Shown: positions 9,367 through 21,440, counted from the whole stretch's first letter. The stretch is 63,154 nt of DNA, filler included, from Reclinomonas americana ATCC 50394 (GCA_048213135.1; 24 parts of 24 records of this genome joined end to end with filler, not necessarily neighbours in it), one strand, 5' to 3'. Notes: generated by a model not told the origin, from the letters alone. Numbers and translations: made by a program.

Positions 9367-10199
9367 GCGGTTGGTGGAACGAGACAGAGAGAGAGGGAGG
9401 AAGTGAGCAGTGCGTAATGGACGAGGATGTTGTGAGGCAAGCGTGTCGGTCTTGGGTGGGGAGGCAGTGATCTGAAGCCGTCTCATATGCGCCATGGATG
9501 TGGCAGGCAGTGGAGGTATGGCGGTCCCGATGAAGGGTCGGGGGTGCTTCGAGGTTGCTTCATCTCGTCCCCTCGTCTCTTCAATCCTTGCAGCCTTGCC
9601 TTCCCCACCATTCTCCACATTTACCTTCTTCGCACTTGAATGTGTCACGGCCATGTGCTCTCCAGGGCATCCCTCTTGCCAGATCGCAATCGTAAGGACG
9701 GAAGCGAAGTTGTCCCTCACCATCATCATCATCGCGCGCGCGAGAGACGAGGAGTATGTCACGCCCTCCCCGCCCCGACTCCTCCACGCGCCTCTTCCCG
9801 CCTCCCTCGCCCACTCCACCTCTCGAACCCCGCCCCTTCGTCCCGCCTCCCGTCAGCGCCAGCTCCAGTGGCGCCCCCTCGCCTCGCCCGCCCTCTCGTC
9901 GCCAACAACGCCATCAACATCATCATCGCCGCTCCTCGTCGCTCTCTTCGCCTGTTGCTTCCCCGTCTGCCGCCCTTCCTTCGTTGGATGTGACGGTGGA
10001 AGTGGGGGAGGTGGAGGTGGAGAGTGATGAGGAGATGATTGGTGGTGGTGCGAGTGTGGTGGAGCTGCGAGTGGTTTTGTTGGGTGATGGTGAGAAGAGA
10101 GGGGAGAGAGTGAGGAGAGAGAGTGAAGAGAAGGGGCGAAGAGAGGGAAGAGAAGAATAGATGCGTCATACGTGGATGCTCAGAGAGCAAGACAACTCG

Positions 10200-10400
10200 C
10201 TCACACACACTCTCTCTCACTCACTCACTCACACACTCGCTCACACACTCACTCTCTCTCACACACACTCACTCTCTCACCCTCACACTCGTGCTCTCTC
10301 ACTCACTCACTCACACTCACTCACTCACTCTCTCTCTACTCACTCACTCACTCTCTCACTCACTCACTCACTCACTCACTCACTGCACTCACTTACGCAC
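10200..10400. repeat. Compound (CA)/(CT)/(CACT) microsatellite
   Basis: Directly visible. Confidence 0.9.
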
Positions 10401-10597
10401 NNNNNNNNNNNNNNNNNNNNNNNNNNNNNNNNNNNNNNNNNNNNTTAATTAATTAANNNNNNNNNNNNNNNNNNNNNNNNNNNNNNNNNNNNNNNNNNNN
10501 TCGCTGCTCACTCTCTGCTCCTCTCGCTGCTCGCTGCACTCAATCCCTTGTGCTTTCTCGTTCCTCTCACCTCACTTCTCTCTCTTCGCCTCTCGAA

Positions 10598-11556
10598 GTG
10601 CTGGACCCACTCCGCCAAGAGCGCGAACTCCACCGCGCCAACTCCGTCCTCCTCTTCTACGACATGGGCGACCTCAACTTCCTTTCCGCGCTGCGCACTC
10701 GCTGGATCCCGATGTTGCGCGACAAGGATGTGAAGGTACCCCGGATTGCCATATTCATTCTGCCTTCTCATTCCTTCGCCTCACGCTTGTCTGTCTGCAG
10801 TGCCCGCTGATTGTCGTGGCCAACAAAAAGGACGCTGTCCCCGACGAGGCATCGCGCATCACGTTTGAGCATTCGCGCAACATTATCGCGTATTTGAAGG
10901 TGGTTGAATACGCCGACCTGCGTGTTCTCGTTGTCGCCGGTGCTCACATGTCGTGCGCGCCGCAGGACAACTGGCCAGCCGCCATGTGGGACTACGTGAC
11001 GTGCTCGGCCCTGCGTGGAATGGACATTTTCGAGGTGTTGCATCGCGGTCCCGAGTTTGCGCTTTTCCCGCGCTACGTGTTGCTCGACAACAGCACGGGG
11101 GTGCGATTGTTCTTCTTGGGGAATTCAAACTGACGAGAGCTGACACTCGCTCCTGTGATGCAGCGGTTAACTCCCGAGTTCCTCATGGCCTGCAAACGCA
11201 TCTTTTACGTGCTCGACAAGGATCAGGATGGCATGCTGAATGAGCAGGAGGCCAGCGAGTTGCAGGTGAGGTTGGGACAGGAAGATACGACCGTCTCATC
11301 GACCGCTCTTCTCTCACTCACTCTCTCACTCTCTCCGCATTCTAACCTCTTTTATTCTCTACTGTCTCCAAGCCTGGTTTCCCTTGATCTCACCATCCGC
11401 TCTCAAGTCTATTACTCACAAGCCGTCTTCGCACAGGCCCACTTCAACACACGCGTCGAGAACTGCTGGGACGAATTCCAGCAGTACCTCGTGGGGCTGT
11501 ACGCTGGCAGCGTCCGAGATGGGTGCATCACCTTTGAGGGATTCACGGCGTTGATG
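10598..11556 (+). CDS. RHOT: Mitochondrial Rho GTPase (Miro), internal exons: end of GTPase 1 plus EF-hand region
   Basis: Spliced product LLFYD..RWIP / PLIVVANKKD (G4) / CSA (G5) / LTPEFLMACKRIFYVLDKDQDGMLNEQE (EF-hand) / ITFEGF follows Miro order. Confidence 0.82.
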
Positions 11557-11579
11557 GTGTGTGGGAACTGTAAGAAGCA

Positions 11580-12253
11580 CACTGCGTTGCACACTGCACA
11601 GCACTCAGTGTTGCACAAACTGCGTTGCACACTGCGTTGCACTTGCGTTGCACACGCGTTGCACTTGCGTTGCACACGCGTTGCACTTGCGTTGCACTTG
11701 CGTTGCACTTGCGTTGCACTTGCGTTGCACACTGCGTTGCACACTGTGTTGCACACTGCGTTGCACACTGTGTTGCACACTGCGTTGCACACTGTGTTGC
11801 ACACTGCGTTGCACACTGTGTTGCACACTGCGTTGCACACTGTGTTGCACACTGCGTTGCACACTGTGTTGCACACTGCGGTGCACTCTGCGTTGTACAC
11901 TGCGGTGCACTCTGCGTTGTACACTTGCGTTGTACCCTGCGTTGTACACTTGCGTTGCACACTTGCGTTGCACACTTGCGTTGCACTCTTGCGTTGCACT
12001 CTTGCGTTGCACACTTGCGTTGCACTTGCGTTGCACACTTGCGTTGCACGCTTGCGTTGCACTTGCGTTGCACGCTTGCGTTGCACTTGCGTTGCACGCT
12101 TGCGTTGCACTTGCGTTGCACGCTTGCGTTGCACTTGCGTTGCACGCTTGCGTTGCACTTGCGTTGCACGCTTGCGTTGCACTTGCGTTGCACTTGCGTT
12201 GCACTTGCGTTGCACTTGCGTTGCACTTGCGTTGCACTTGCGTTGCACTTGCG
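11580..12253. repeat. Intronic minisatellite, 11-13-bp units (TTGCAC[AC]TTGCG / TTGCACACTG[CT]G)
   Basis: Tandem array running to the contig end. Confidence 0.95.
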
Positions 12254-12392
12254 NNNNNNNNNNNNNNNNNNNNNNNNNNNNNNNNNNNNNNNNNNNNTTA
12301 ATTAATTAANNNNNNNNNNNNNNNNNNNNNNNNNNNNNNNNNNNNNNNNNNNNCGGAGGGAGAAGGAGTGAAGGAGGAAAGGGATGACAAAC

Positions 12393-13903
12393 CGAGTGGC
12401 GGCGTCATCTTCTGGCACAGCACGAGGGCGTCCTCGTCGCTGCCGAGCGACGACAGCTGCTTCATGACGACCTTGATGGCCGACAGCACGACAGCCGAGT
12501 TGGCGTGCGCCAGGCGCGGCAGCACACGCTCCGCAATGCCCTTGGCCTCGTCGGCATCGCGAGCCTGGTAGGTGGCGAGCGCGTCGAGGATGAACACCTG
12601 ACCCCACTCCGTGCACTCGTTGACGGCCAGGAAGAGCTTGTGCAGGGTGCCGGCGTCGAGCTCCAGCACGGGGTGCGCCGCACGGGCCGAGATATCGGCC
12701 AGCGCCGCCACCGCATTGGCAATGACCATCGGGTTGCTGTCCTCCAGCATGCGCTTCAGGTCGTCCAGGAAGCTGTGCGCGCACAAACAGGCATAACACG
12801 CGTCAAGAATGAACCAATTTGCACTCGTCACCCAACTTCTCAACATGCACTCCCGCAAAAGTGGCACACAGAAGGAGAGGCCTACGTGCAAGCAAAGTGT
12901 GCGTGCGTGTCTGCGTGTGTGTCTGTGTGTGCGTGCGCCATGGAACGACAATGACGCACGCCGCCCCCGTCCCCTCCCCGCTCCCCACGCACCCCTGATC
13001 CTCAATGAGCTGTGGGTTGGTGTCGTAGATCTTAGCCACGGCAATCGCCGCCGTCTTGCGCACGTAGGGATCACCATCGGCCATGGACTGACGCAATGCG
13101 TCGGCCAGATACTCGGTCACACGCTCCACACGAATGCAAGACATGGTGCGTACGGCCAGCGCGCGCACCAGCGGGTTCGGGTCGCGCGCATCCTACGCAA
13201 AAAAACATCACCGACAAGTGTGAGTTTGTGACACGCAAACACAAAAAAAACATGGCGCGCGACATGGCGCGGGCGATGTGCACACGCACACACACTTGCA
13301 CAAAGACACGAAATGCATCGCGTGGAGCGCAACAGGCAGACACACGACGTGCACGGACAACGTGCAACAAAACAGACAAGTGTGCGTGTGTGCGTGTGTC
13401 TTCTCCCATGGCGCACTCTTTCCTCCTCCTCCTCCTCCTCTCACTCGTGCTCAAACAGCATGCATGCACACACCTGAGTGAAGGTGTTGACGGCCATGAC
13501 GGCCTCCTCCTCCTGCGTCTTGGCGTAGTTGATGATGTAGAGGTAGACCAACTTCTTGAGCTCAATGTTGTTGGTCTGGCTGCACTTGACCACATCGGGG
13601 AAGAGCGCCGACACGTCCTTGCCCACCGTCATGGTGGCAATGACCTGCGCAGAGCAGAACACAAGAGCGAAGATGAGCACGACACGCAGAGATGATGCAT
13701 CAGTTTCCTCCATGTCTCGCTTGCCTTCTTCATGGCGTCCTTCTTCCGTTCAAGGCTCTCCTCGTTGTTGAGGTCCTGCTGCCACTCGCGCAGCTCACCT
13801 GCACAGTGTCACTCAGAACACACAACCAAAATGCACTGCAACGCGCACACACACACGCAAACAAACCCTTCAGGCGATTCGACGATGCCGGTGGTCGACT
13901 CAT
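12393..13903 (-). CDS. AP1B1/AP2B1: AP-1/AP-2 beta adaptin, N-terminal exons (13903-13867, 13798-13725, 13644-13474, 13192-12993, 12772-12393); 3' truncated
   Basis: Motifs [80 protein letters not shown]. Confidence 0.95.
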
Positions 13904-14063
13904 GAGCTCTTTTGCTGCACGATGACCAAGGTCAGCGAGAAGGAGAGAAAGGGAGAATGGGACTGTGTCGCGGTGCACTCACCGTGCTCGAAGATAAATG
14001 CAATGACTTTTCGGTCGGTTTGTGCGGATGATGGACTTTCTCACTTGCTTCTTTGTGTCCACG

Positions 14064-14850
14064 ATGCCGATCGAGTGCGTATTCTTGTGGTGCGTCGAAC
14101 GCAATGCGGCGGTGACGTACCGGCGGTTTGTGACGGGCGCGCTGGATGTGACGGAGTGTGTGCGGTTGACGCGTGACAGGTGAGTCTCTCTGCTCACTCT
14201 CTCTCTCTCTCTGTCTTGTGTTGTTGACTTGTGTGTGCGCGCGCCCGCAGCTGGCCTGTGAAGCAGAGTCCCGACGCACCACCACAGTACCACAGTGCGA
14301 GCTTGGGGTGTGTGTGTGTATGTGCATGCAAGTGATCACATTTGACGATTGATTGATCACTGACTCACACACAATACGCAGTCGCGGTCGCGTGGCGGTC
14401 ATGGTGTACCTCGACGAGCTGCTCTTCTTTGCAGTGGGTTCAGAGGAGGCCGAGGAGTTCTTTTGTTGCGTTCTCCATTCATCTCCGTTCATCGCTGTCT
14501 CTCTCGTCTGACACACTCCAACAGTGCACGACTGGATGGAGGAAATGGCGCCACTGCTGCGCTCGGTGGCGGGTGGGCGACGAGTAGACGTGGAGTCTGT
14601 CATTCGGTGCGTAGACACACACTTGCGTCTTGTGTTTATTGGAGAAAGAGGATCGCTGACTCGTCGCACAGCGAACACGCCAAGATCTGCATGATCCTCG
14701 ATCAGAGCTGCTTTGCCGGTGCCGCCTCCTTTACAGAGGTCTCTAGTGACTTGCCTGCATGTGTGTCGAGGGGATGCGTGCTTATACAGTTTATACATGC
14801 AGGACGAGGGCCACAAGGGTTTCTTGGAGCTCAAGGTCAAGAAGAGCTGA
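14064..14850 (+). CDS. Longin-domain adaptor small chain, TSET TSPOON/LOLITA-like, about 150 aa, 6 exons (not in ORF track)
   Basis: Hand-spliced GT-AG exons (14064-14179, 14251-14307, 14382-14464, 14525-14606, 14672-14738, 14803-14850) give ...LFFAVGSEEAEEFFL...SVAG...HAKICMILDQ...G...FLELK, the sigma/zeta-COP-like pattern. Two boundaries have alternatives. Confidence 0.68.
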
Positions 14851-14947
14851 GGCTGCACGGCGACAAGAGAAAGAAAAATGTACATGACTCCTACGTAGTT
14901 GCCAGTGGTCTTGCAGAGGCCACAGGACACCGATTTCATTCTTTCAA

Positions 14948-17385
14948 ATGGCGCGTGGACCACCACAAAAGCGCAGTCGAACCGCTGGAGGTGCAGTGTC
15001 GCATCACCAGAAAGGTGGAGCAAGCAGGAAACCCAGCAGAGGAGGCGGAGGAGGTCGCGGAGGACGAGGACGGGGAGGAGGAGGAGGAGGCGGTCGCGGT
15101 GGCATGAGTCGATCTCGACCTGGCGGGTGAGTGTGTGTGTGTGTGCATGTGCATGTGCACTTGTCACCACGTGCCCCATCTTGCGCGTGTGCTGGCCTCC
15201 TGCTGACGCCACCACACCACTCTACTTGTGTGATGCGTGCTGCAGTTTCGGGCGTAAGCGGCCGCGTGAGGAGGCCGAGGTGTCGTCCGAGGTCGATGGT
15301 GACGATGACGATCATATTGTGGAAGACAGCGATGACGATGAGCAACTGGAGGTGCGTGGTGTCGCCTTACGTATGCAAGCGGGGGAGACACTGATTGTGT
15401 GTTGCGGGGCACAGAGCTTTGAGCGTCGGCCACGCTCGTTTGCGCGTGAGGTCACTCGTGCGCCGGCGTTGCCGATCAAGACCGGGGCTGGCGTGTTTGA
15501 GATGCCCGAGAGTTGCTGCTGCCGTGCACCCCCGCGACAGTGTCTTGCTCTTCCCACTCACCCCGCTTGCAGTGGTGTTTGAGGACGAGGACGAGGAGGG
15601 AGAGCACGATGAGACCGACGGTGGAGAGGGCGATGAGGAAGGCGAGGGTGAAGAGGACGAGTACGAGGAGGAAGACGAGGATGCGCCGATGGAGTTTGAG
15701 GAGGTTAAGCATGCGTCGACGACGCAGCGACCCACCGGGCGGTTGCCGGACCCGGAGACGGTGCGAAGGAAGCGAGAGAACCGACTGCGGCGGCTGCGAG
15801 AGCGCATTGCCATTCTGTGCTCAAAGATTCTGCAGGACCCCGAAAAGACTGTTGCGCCGCAGTTCCCCCCTTGCTTCCGCGTGCCTTACTTGTGTGCTCA
15901 CGCATTGCGCTCAGAAACCGGAGATGAAGGAGCTGCACGAGTTGTGCGACGATGGCGAGGCCGAGATTCAACAACTCGGCATGCTGTCCATGACGCAGGT
16001 GTTTATCGACATTGCACCGGGCTACCGCATTCGACCGCCCACCGAGCAAGAGATGTCGGTGAAACTCAAGCGCGAGACGGCCAAGCTTCGCGACTTTGAG
16101 AACTGGCTCCTCTCGTCGTATCAGCTGCACTTGCAGCGACTCGAATCGCGCCTGCAGCGCTCCGCCAACAACCCCGAACGACGTATCTCGGCGCAATGCG
16201 CTGCGCAGTGCCTCGGCTCACTCCTGGCGCAGTTGCCGCACTTCAACTTCCGCTCCAACATTGTCGCGCTGCTGGTGCCGCTCATGGAGATTCCGCTCAT
16301 GTTGGCCGGCGTCTCCACCCGTACCCCCCAGCAGGAGCACGCGGAACGACTCTGCAACATCTGCTGCGATGCGTGCCACGAACTGTTTGCGTACGAGAAT
16401 GTCGGCGAAGCGTCGATGGACGTGGTCAAGTCGCTGGCCGAGCTCGTCAAGTCGACCAAGCCCGGCTACACGGTGCCACCGAGCGTGGTCGGCACCTTCC
16501 TGTCGCTGCCACTCAACGAGCAACTGGACGCCGGGCAGACGCTCAACAATTTGCTCACGGGCAGGAAACCCGAGACGGCCACGAAGCGTCGGTACCTGCC
16601 AGAGAAGGAGTTCAAGAAGGTGAAGGAGCAGCGCAAGGCGGAGCGAGCGCGCGAGTTCAAGAAGCAGGCCATTGCGTCGGCTGCGGCGGCAGCCGGCAAG
16701 GATCCCCACGCTGGCGACCGCTCGGCCGCGCGCAAGGCCATTCAGGAGACGGTCGAAGAGCAGCTGCAGCGCGACCTGGAGGAGGGGCAGGCTACGTTGT
16801 CGGCCGACATGAGGAGACGACTGGTGAGTGTGTGTGCAAGGCGTGCTAGTGACGTGCGGGTGCGAGACTCATGCCTTTTTGTTACCAGCACACGGAGGTG
16901 CTCCAGCACGTGATTGTGACGTATTTCCGCGTGCTCAAGGCCAACATGGGCGGCTCGGCGGCGTTCTCGTCGAAGCAGCGTGAATACTCGTCCGAGTTGC
17001 TCTTTGCCGTGCTCGAGGGCCTGGCCAAGTTTGCGCATCTGATCAGCGTCGATATTCTCGCCGACCTGCTGCAATGCTTGCAGCAGTTGCCGCACTACTC
17101 GCAGCGCGCAGAGGAGGAGGCGATGGAGGCGGAGCGGCTCGGCGCAGAGGGCTTGCCGACGCTGACACCCACCACCTCGTTGAGGGCCATTCTGACCGCG
17201 TTCCAGATTCTATCGCGCGGTCACGGCGTGGCACTGGATGTGGATCCGCAGCAGTACTACACCCACTTGTACGCGCTCATGTTCCCGGTGCTCACACGCC
17301 ACTTCCCCGGCGGCGAGACCGACGAGCGCAAAATGGCCCTGCTCGGGTCGGCGCTCTACAACTTTTTGATTGCCACCAAGAATGT
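14948..17385 (+). CDS. NOC3: Nucleolar complex protein 3 (spliced, 3' truncated)
   Basis: Motifs IA.LCSKILQDPE, VFIDIAPGYRIRP.TE.E, LRDFE..LL..Y, LPHFNFRSNI, YFRVLK, VLEGLAKFAHLI. Confidence 0.9.
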
Positions 17386-17405
17386 TGCGGGAGGGGGAAA
17401 GGGAA

Positions 17406-17409
<4 letters not shown>

Positions 17410-17493
<84 letters not shown>
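17410..17493. repeat. (GA)n microsatellite
   Basis: Directly visible. Confidence 0.95.
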
Positions 17494-17593
17494 NNNNNNN
17501 NNNNNNNNNNNNNNNNNNNNNNNNNNNNNNNNNNNNNTTAATTAATTAANNNNNNNNNNNNNNNNNNNNNNNNNNNNNNNNNNNNNNNNNNNN

Positions 17594-18576
17594 GGGATCA
17601 GCCTTCCGGCATGCCGGGGGCCGTAGATCTCCTTTATGCCGCCGACATCGGTCGCGATCAGCGGCTGGGCCGCCGCGGCCGCTTCCAGGATCACATAGGG
17701 CAGCGATTCCGCCCGCGACGGGATCACCATGACATGCGCTTTGGCGAGCGCGGCGCGGATCGGTCCCGGCGGCTCGAACACGCATTGGCTCGCGACGCCC
17801 TGGTCGACCGTCATCTGCCGCAGCAGCGCCTCGTCCGGGCCGGAGCCGACGATCAGCACGCGCGGCGTCAGCCCGTCGCGACCTCTCATCAGGGCAAGCG
17901 CCTCGATCAGCGTGTCGACGCCCTTGGCCGAGCGCAATTCGCCGAGATAGACGAGGTCGAATTCGGCATCGGCATGGTCGATCGGCTCGAACTCGGCTTC
18001 CGAGATGCCGTTCAGGACGATGCGGTGATCGGTGCGCGGCTTGTGCCCGATATGAGCTTCGAACCGCCCCGCGATGAAGGCACTCTCGAACAGGAACATG
18101 TCGGTTGCCGGTTCGAGGAGACGCTCGATCGCCATGTAGAGGCGGTGCTCGGCGCTGCCGGGCTTGTAGTTGAAGCTGCCGCCATGCGGCGTATAGGCGG
18201 TGACATAGCACCTGCCGGGCGAGACCAGGGCCGGCACGCGGGCATAGACGCCGCCCTTGGAGCCGTGCGCATGCACGATCTGCGGCGCGATACGCTTGCG
18301 GGTCGAGACTTCCGAGATCTGCGCGCGCAGATCGGTGAGGCTCGGATAGCGCGACATCGGCACGCGGGTGACGCCGAGCGAAAGCTGCGGCCCGAGTTCG
18401 GCGAAGATCTGGTCGCCGCGCGGTCCGCCCGTGGTCGAATCACAGAAGATGCCGACGTCGTGGCCGCGTTCGATCTGGCCGCGGGCGAGGTCGAGCACAT
18501 GCCGGAACAGCCCGCCGAGCGGCGCGCGGAAGACATGCAGGATCTTGAGCGGAGCGGAGCTGGCCACGGCGGACAT
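17594..18576 (-). CDS. Glycosyltransferase family 4, 3' truncated (uppD-like)
   Basis: Motifs GGLFRHV, HAHGSKGG, GELRSAKG, PSRAESLPYVILEA, ATDVGGI. Confidence 0.9.
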
Positions 18577-18599
18577 GGTCTCGGGAACCCCCGTCGCGG

Positions 18600-19163
18600 T
18601 CAGAACCAGCGTTCCTTGATCACGATCGTGTCGCCGGGCCGGACCGGATAGGTGATCGGTACCGTGCCGGTGACGAGCTGGCCGTCCATCAGGCGGGTGA
18701 CCTCGGCATAGTTGCGCTGGCCGCGTGGGGTGAAGCCGCCGGCGATTGCCACCGCCGTCTGCACCGTCATGCCGTTGACGAACGGGAACTGGCCGGAATT
18801 GGTGACCTCGCCGAGCACGAAGAACGGCCGGTAGGCGTCGACCTCGACCGAGACCTTGGGCTCGCGCAGATAGCCGGCGCGCAGGCGCGCCTCGATCGCG
18901 CGCTCGAGCTGCTGCGTCGAGCGTCCCTGCGCCTCGACCGCGCCGATCAGCGGCATGGAGATGCGGCCGGAGCCGTCGACGGCATAGATGTTCGAGAGAT
19001 TGTCCTGGCCGAAGACGATGACGCGCAGCTTGTCGCCGCTGGCGAGCTGGTAGGGGGCGGTCCGCTCGACGGCGAATTCGGGCGCTTCGATGCGCGGCGC
19101 GCAGCCGGCCACTGCGAGCGCAGCGGCAAGCGCCAGACAGACGGGATGTCTACTCATCATCAC
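18600..19163 (-). CDS. wza: Polysaccharide export outer-membrane lipoprotein (Wza/OPX)
   Basis: Lipobox VAGC; motifs YQLASGDKLRV.VFGQ, VDGSGRISMPLIG, V.GEV..SG, AIAGGFT. Confidence 0.92.
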   Translation of the reverse strand: MMMSRHPVCLALAAALAVAGCAPRIEAPEFAVERTAPYQLASGDKLRVIVFGQDNLSNIYAVDGSGRISMPLIGAVEAQGRSTQQLERAIEARLRAGYLREPKVSVEVDAYRPFFVLGEVTNSGQFPFVNGMTVQTAVAIAGGFTPRGQRNYAEVTRLMDGQLVTGTVPITYPVRPGDTIVIKERWF

Positions 19164-19203
19164 CGGCGAACCCTTCAGAATCTGCCCGTAGGGTTAGGCC
19201 GAC

Positions 19204-19275
19204 ATGGTTAACAAAAGCTGAGCGAACGGTTGCAGGGTGCATCCGGGCGTTGCGGCGCCTTAACCCGGCACTAAC
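19204..19275. promoter_or_regulatory. Putative CtrA boxes in the divergent wza/wzc promoter
   Basis: TTAA-N7-CTAAC at 19260-19275, and TTAACCAT on the minus strand at 19204-19211. Confidence 0.5.
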
Positions 19276-19343
19276 CTTAATGCGCTCAGATGAGGCTGCG
19301 TGCTCTCCAAAGGGCACGAGAGTTCTGCGTGAATGGAAGCCTC

Positions 19344-20160
19344 ATGACCGCTCGCTACGACACCGTTGCGGCCGCCGGCGAGAGCCGCTCCGACCTGCTC
19401 GACCTGCCGGCCCTCTGGGCCGCGATCAAGGCGAAGAAGCTCTGGATCATCGGGCCGACGCTGGCCGCCCTCGGGCTGTCCTTCGTCGCGGTCAACGTCA
19501 TTCCGCCGCGCTATACCGGCCAGGCGCAGCTGCTGCTGCAGAGCCGCGACAGCTATTTCACGCGGCCGGGCCAATCGGAGGTCGCCGGCCAGCAATTCGA
19601 TCCGGAAGCCGTGCAGAGTCAGGTCCAGGTCGTGCTGTCGCGCGACCTGGCGCGCGAGGCGATCAAGCGCATCGGGCTGGTCGGCAATCCCGAATTCGAT
19701 TCCGGCGCCGGCGCGCTCGGCGCACTGAGGAAGATCGGCGTCCTTGTCGGCATCGGCGCCCATCCGGCCGATCGCTCGCCGGAGGAGCGGGTGCTGGAAG
19801 CCTATTACGACCGGCTCCTGGTCTTCCCGGTCGGTCGCTCGCGCATCGTCGCGGTCGAGTTCACCTCGCGGGACCCGGCGCTCGCGGCCAAAGCCGCCAA
19901 CGATATCGCCGCCGTCTATCTCGAAATGGAGGAGGCGGCCAAGCAGGACACCGCCCGCAGCGCCTCGTCCTGGCTCTCGACCATGATCGACCCACTGCGC
20001 AAGAAGCTGGCGGAATCGGAGGCCAAGGTCGAGGCGTTCCGCTCCCGCCACGGCCTGCTCGTCGGCGCCAACAACACCACCATCACCGCCCAGCAGCTCG
20101 CCGACCTGTCGACGCAGCTCTCCAATGCGCGCAACCAGCAGGCAGAGGCCCAGGCCAAGG
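19344..20160 (+). CDS. wzc: Polysaccharide co-polymerase (Wzc/ExoP/GumC family), 3' truncated
   Basis: DL..LW..I + TM + PRYT, SQVQVVLSRDLA, AAKAAN, coiled coil. Confidence 0.88.
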
Positions 20161-20260
20161 NNNNNNNNNNNNNNNNNNNNNNNNNNNNNNNNNNNNNNNN
20201 NNNNTTAATTAATTAANNNNNNNNNNNNNNNNNNNNNNNNNNNNNNNNNNNNNNNNNNNN

Positions 20261-20939
20261 GATGGTCGTGGTCCCGACGATCGTCGGACTCGTGGTCGCC
20301 GCACTGCTGTTCGACGTCGTCGGCCGCAAGTTCGGCGGCAAGGTCGGCAGCTTCCTGCGGGCCACCTACTACCTCCCGCAGATCCTCCCGATCGCCGTCG
20401 CCGGCATCGTGATCGGCTGGATCGTGCGCCCGGGCGGAGACGGTGCGCTCAACCAGATCCTCGGCGCCTTCGGGCTGCCGTCCTACGACTGGCTGGGCCA
20501 GATGCCCTCCGCGCTCATCGTGCTCATGCTCGTCATGGTGTGGGTGCAGCTCGGCTACCCGGTCGTCGTGTTCATGGCAGCGCTGCAGCGCGTCGATCCG
20601 GAGCTGTACGAGGCCGCGGAGCTCGACGGAGCGAACTGGCTGCAGCGGTTCACCGCCATCACGATGAGCATCATCCGCCCGGAGATCTTCGTCGTGACCC
20701 TGACCTGCACGATCGCCGCCCTCAAGGTGTTCGGCCCCGTCTACATCATCACGCGCGGCGGACCCGCGGGCGCGACGCTCGTGCCCGCCTACTACGCGTA
20801 CCAGGAGTTCTTCACGAAGCGGAACGTCGGCTACGGCGCGACGATCGCCACCGTGCTCACCATCGTCGTGGTCATCGTGTCGATCGTGTTCATCCGCGTG
20901 CAGAACTCGCTCGAGCGCAAGGAAAGGGCGGGACTGTGA
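20261..20939 (+). CDS. Carbohydrate ABC transporter permease, 5' truncated (actinobacterial-like)
   Basis: EAA loop ELYEAAELDGA; TRGGP; TM helices. Confidence 0.92.
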
Positions 20940-21440
20940 TGCACGCCACCACTGCCATCGTCACCGGCAAAGCCCCGAAGAGCCGTCCGCGCGGCGGCAT
21001 GACCAAGAAGCGGCCCGTCGACTGGCTGCTGCTCGCCCTGGTCGTCGTCGGCGCGCTGCTCGTCATCGCCCCCTTCTACCTCGTCCTGGTGAACTCCTTC
21101 AAGTCGCCGGTCGACTACGCGACGTCCGGCCCGCTCGCCTTCCCCGAGACGCTCGACTTCGGCGGCATCGTCAAGTTCTGGGAGCGGGTGAACTTCCCCG
21201 AGAAGGTGTGGAACTCCATCTTCATCTCCGGCATCGTCGCGGTCCTGGCGGTCGTGATCTCGATGCTCAACGCCTTCGCGATCGGCATCGGCCGCATCCG
21301 CGGACGCAGCTGGATCGTGCTGCTGTTCCTGATGGCCAACCTGCTGCCGCAGGAGGCTCTCCTCTACCCGCTCTACTACATGTTCAAGTCGGTCGGCCTG
21401 TACGACAACGTGTGGGCGGTGATCATCGTGTTCACGGTGA
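20939..21440 (+). CDS. Carbohydrate ABC transporter permease (MalG-type), 3' truncated
   Basis: TGATG stop/start overlap; motifs PFYL.LVNSFKS, NS.FIS, LLPQEALLYPLY. Confidence 0.9.

Noticed and set aside
11543..12305. CT/LH/QRK repeat ORFs on both strands
   Set aside because: Intronic minisatellite in Miro; the ORFs are artefacts.
17611..20051. Long antisense ORFs over bacterial genes (also 5683-6474, 58732-60144)
   Set aside because: Shadow ORFs expected from high-GC codon bias; the opposite strand has clear family motifs.
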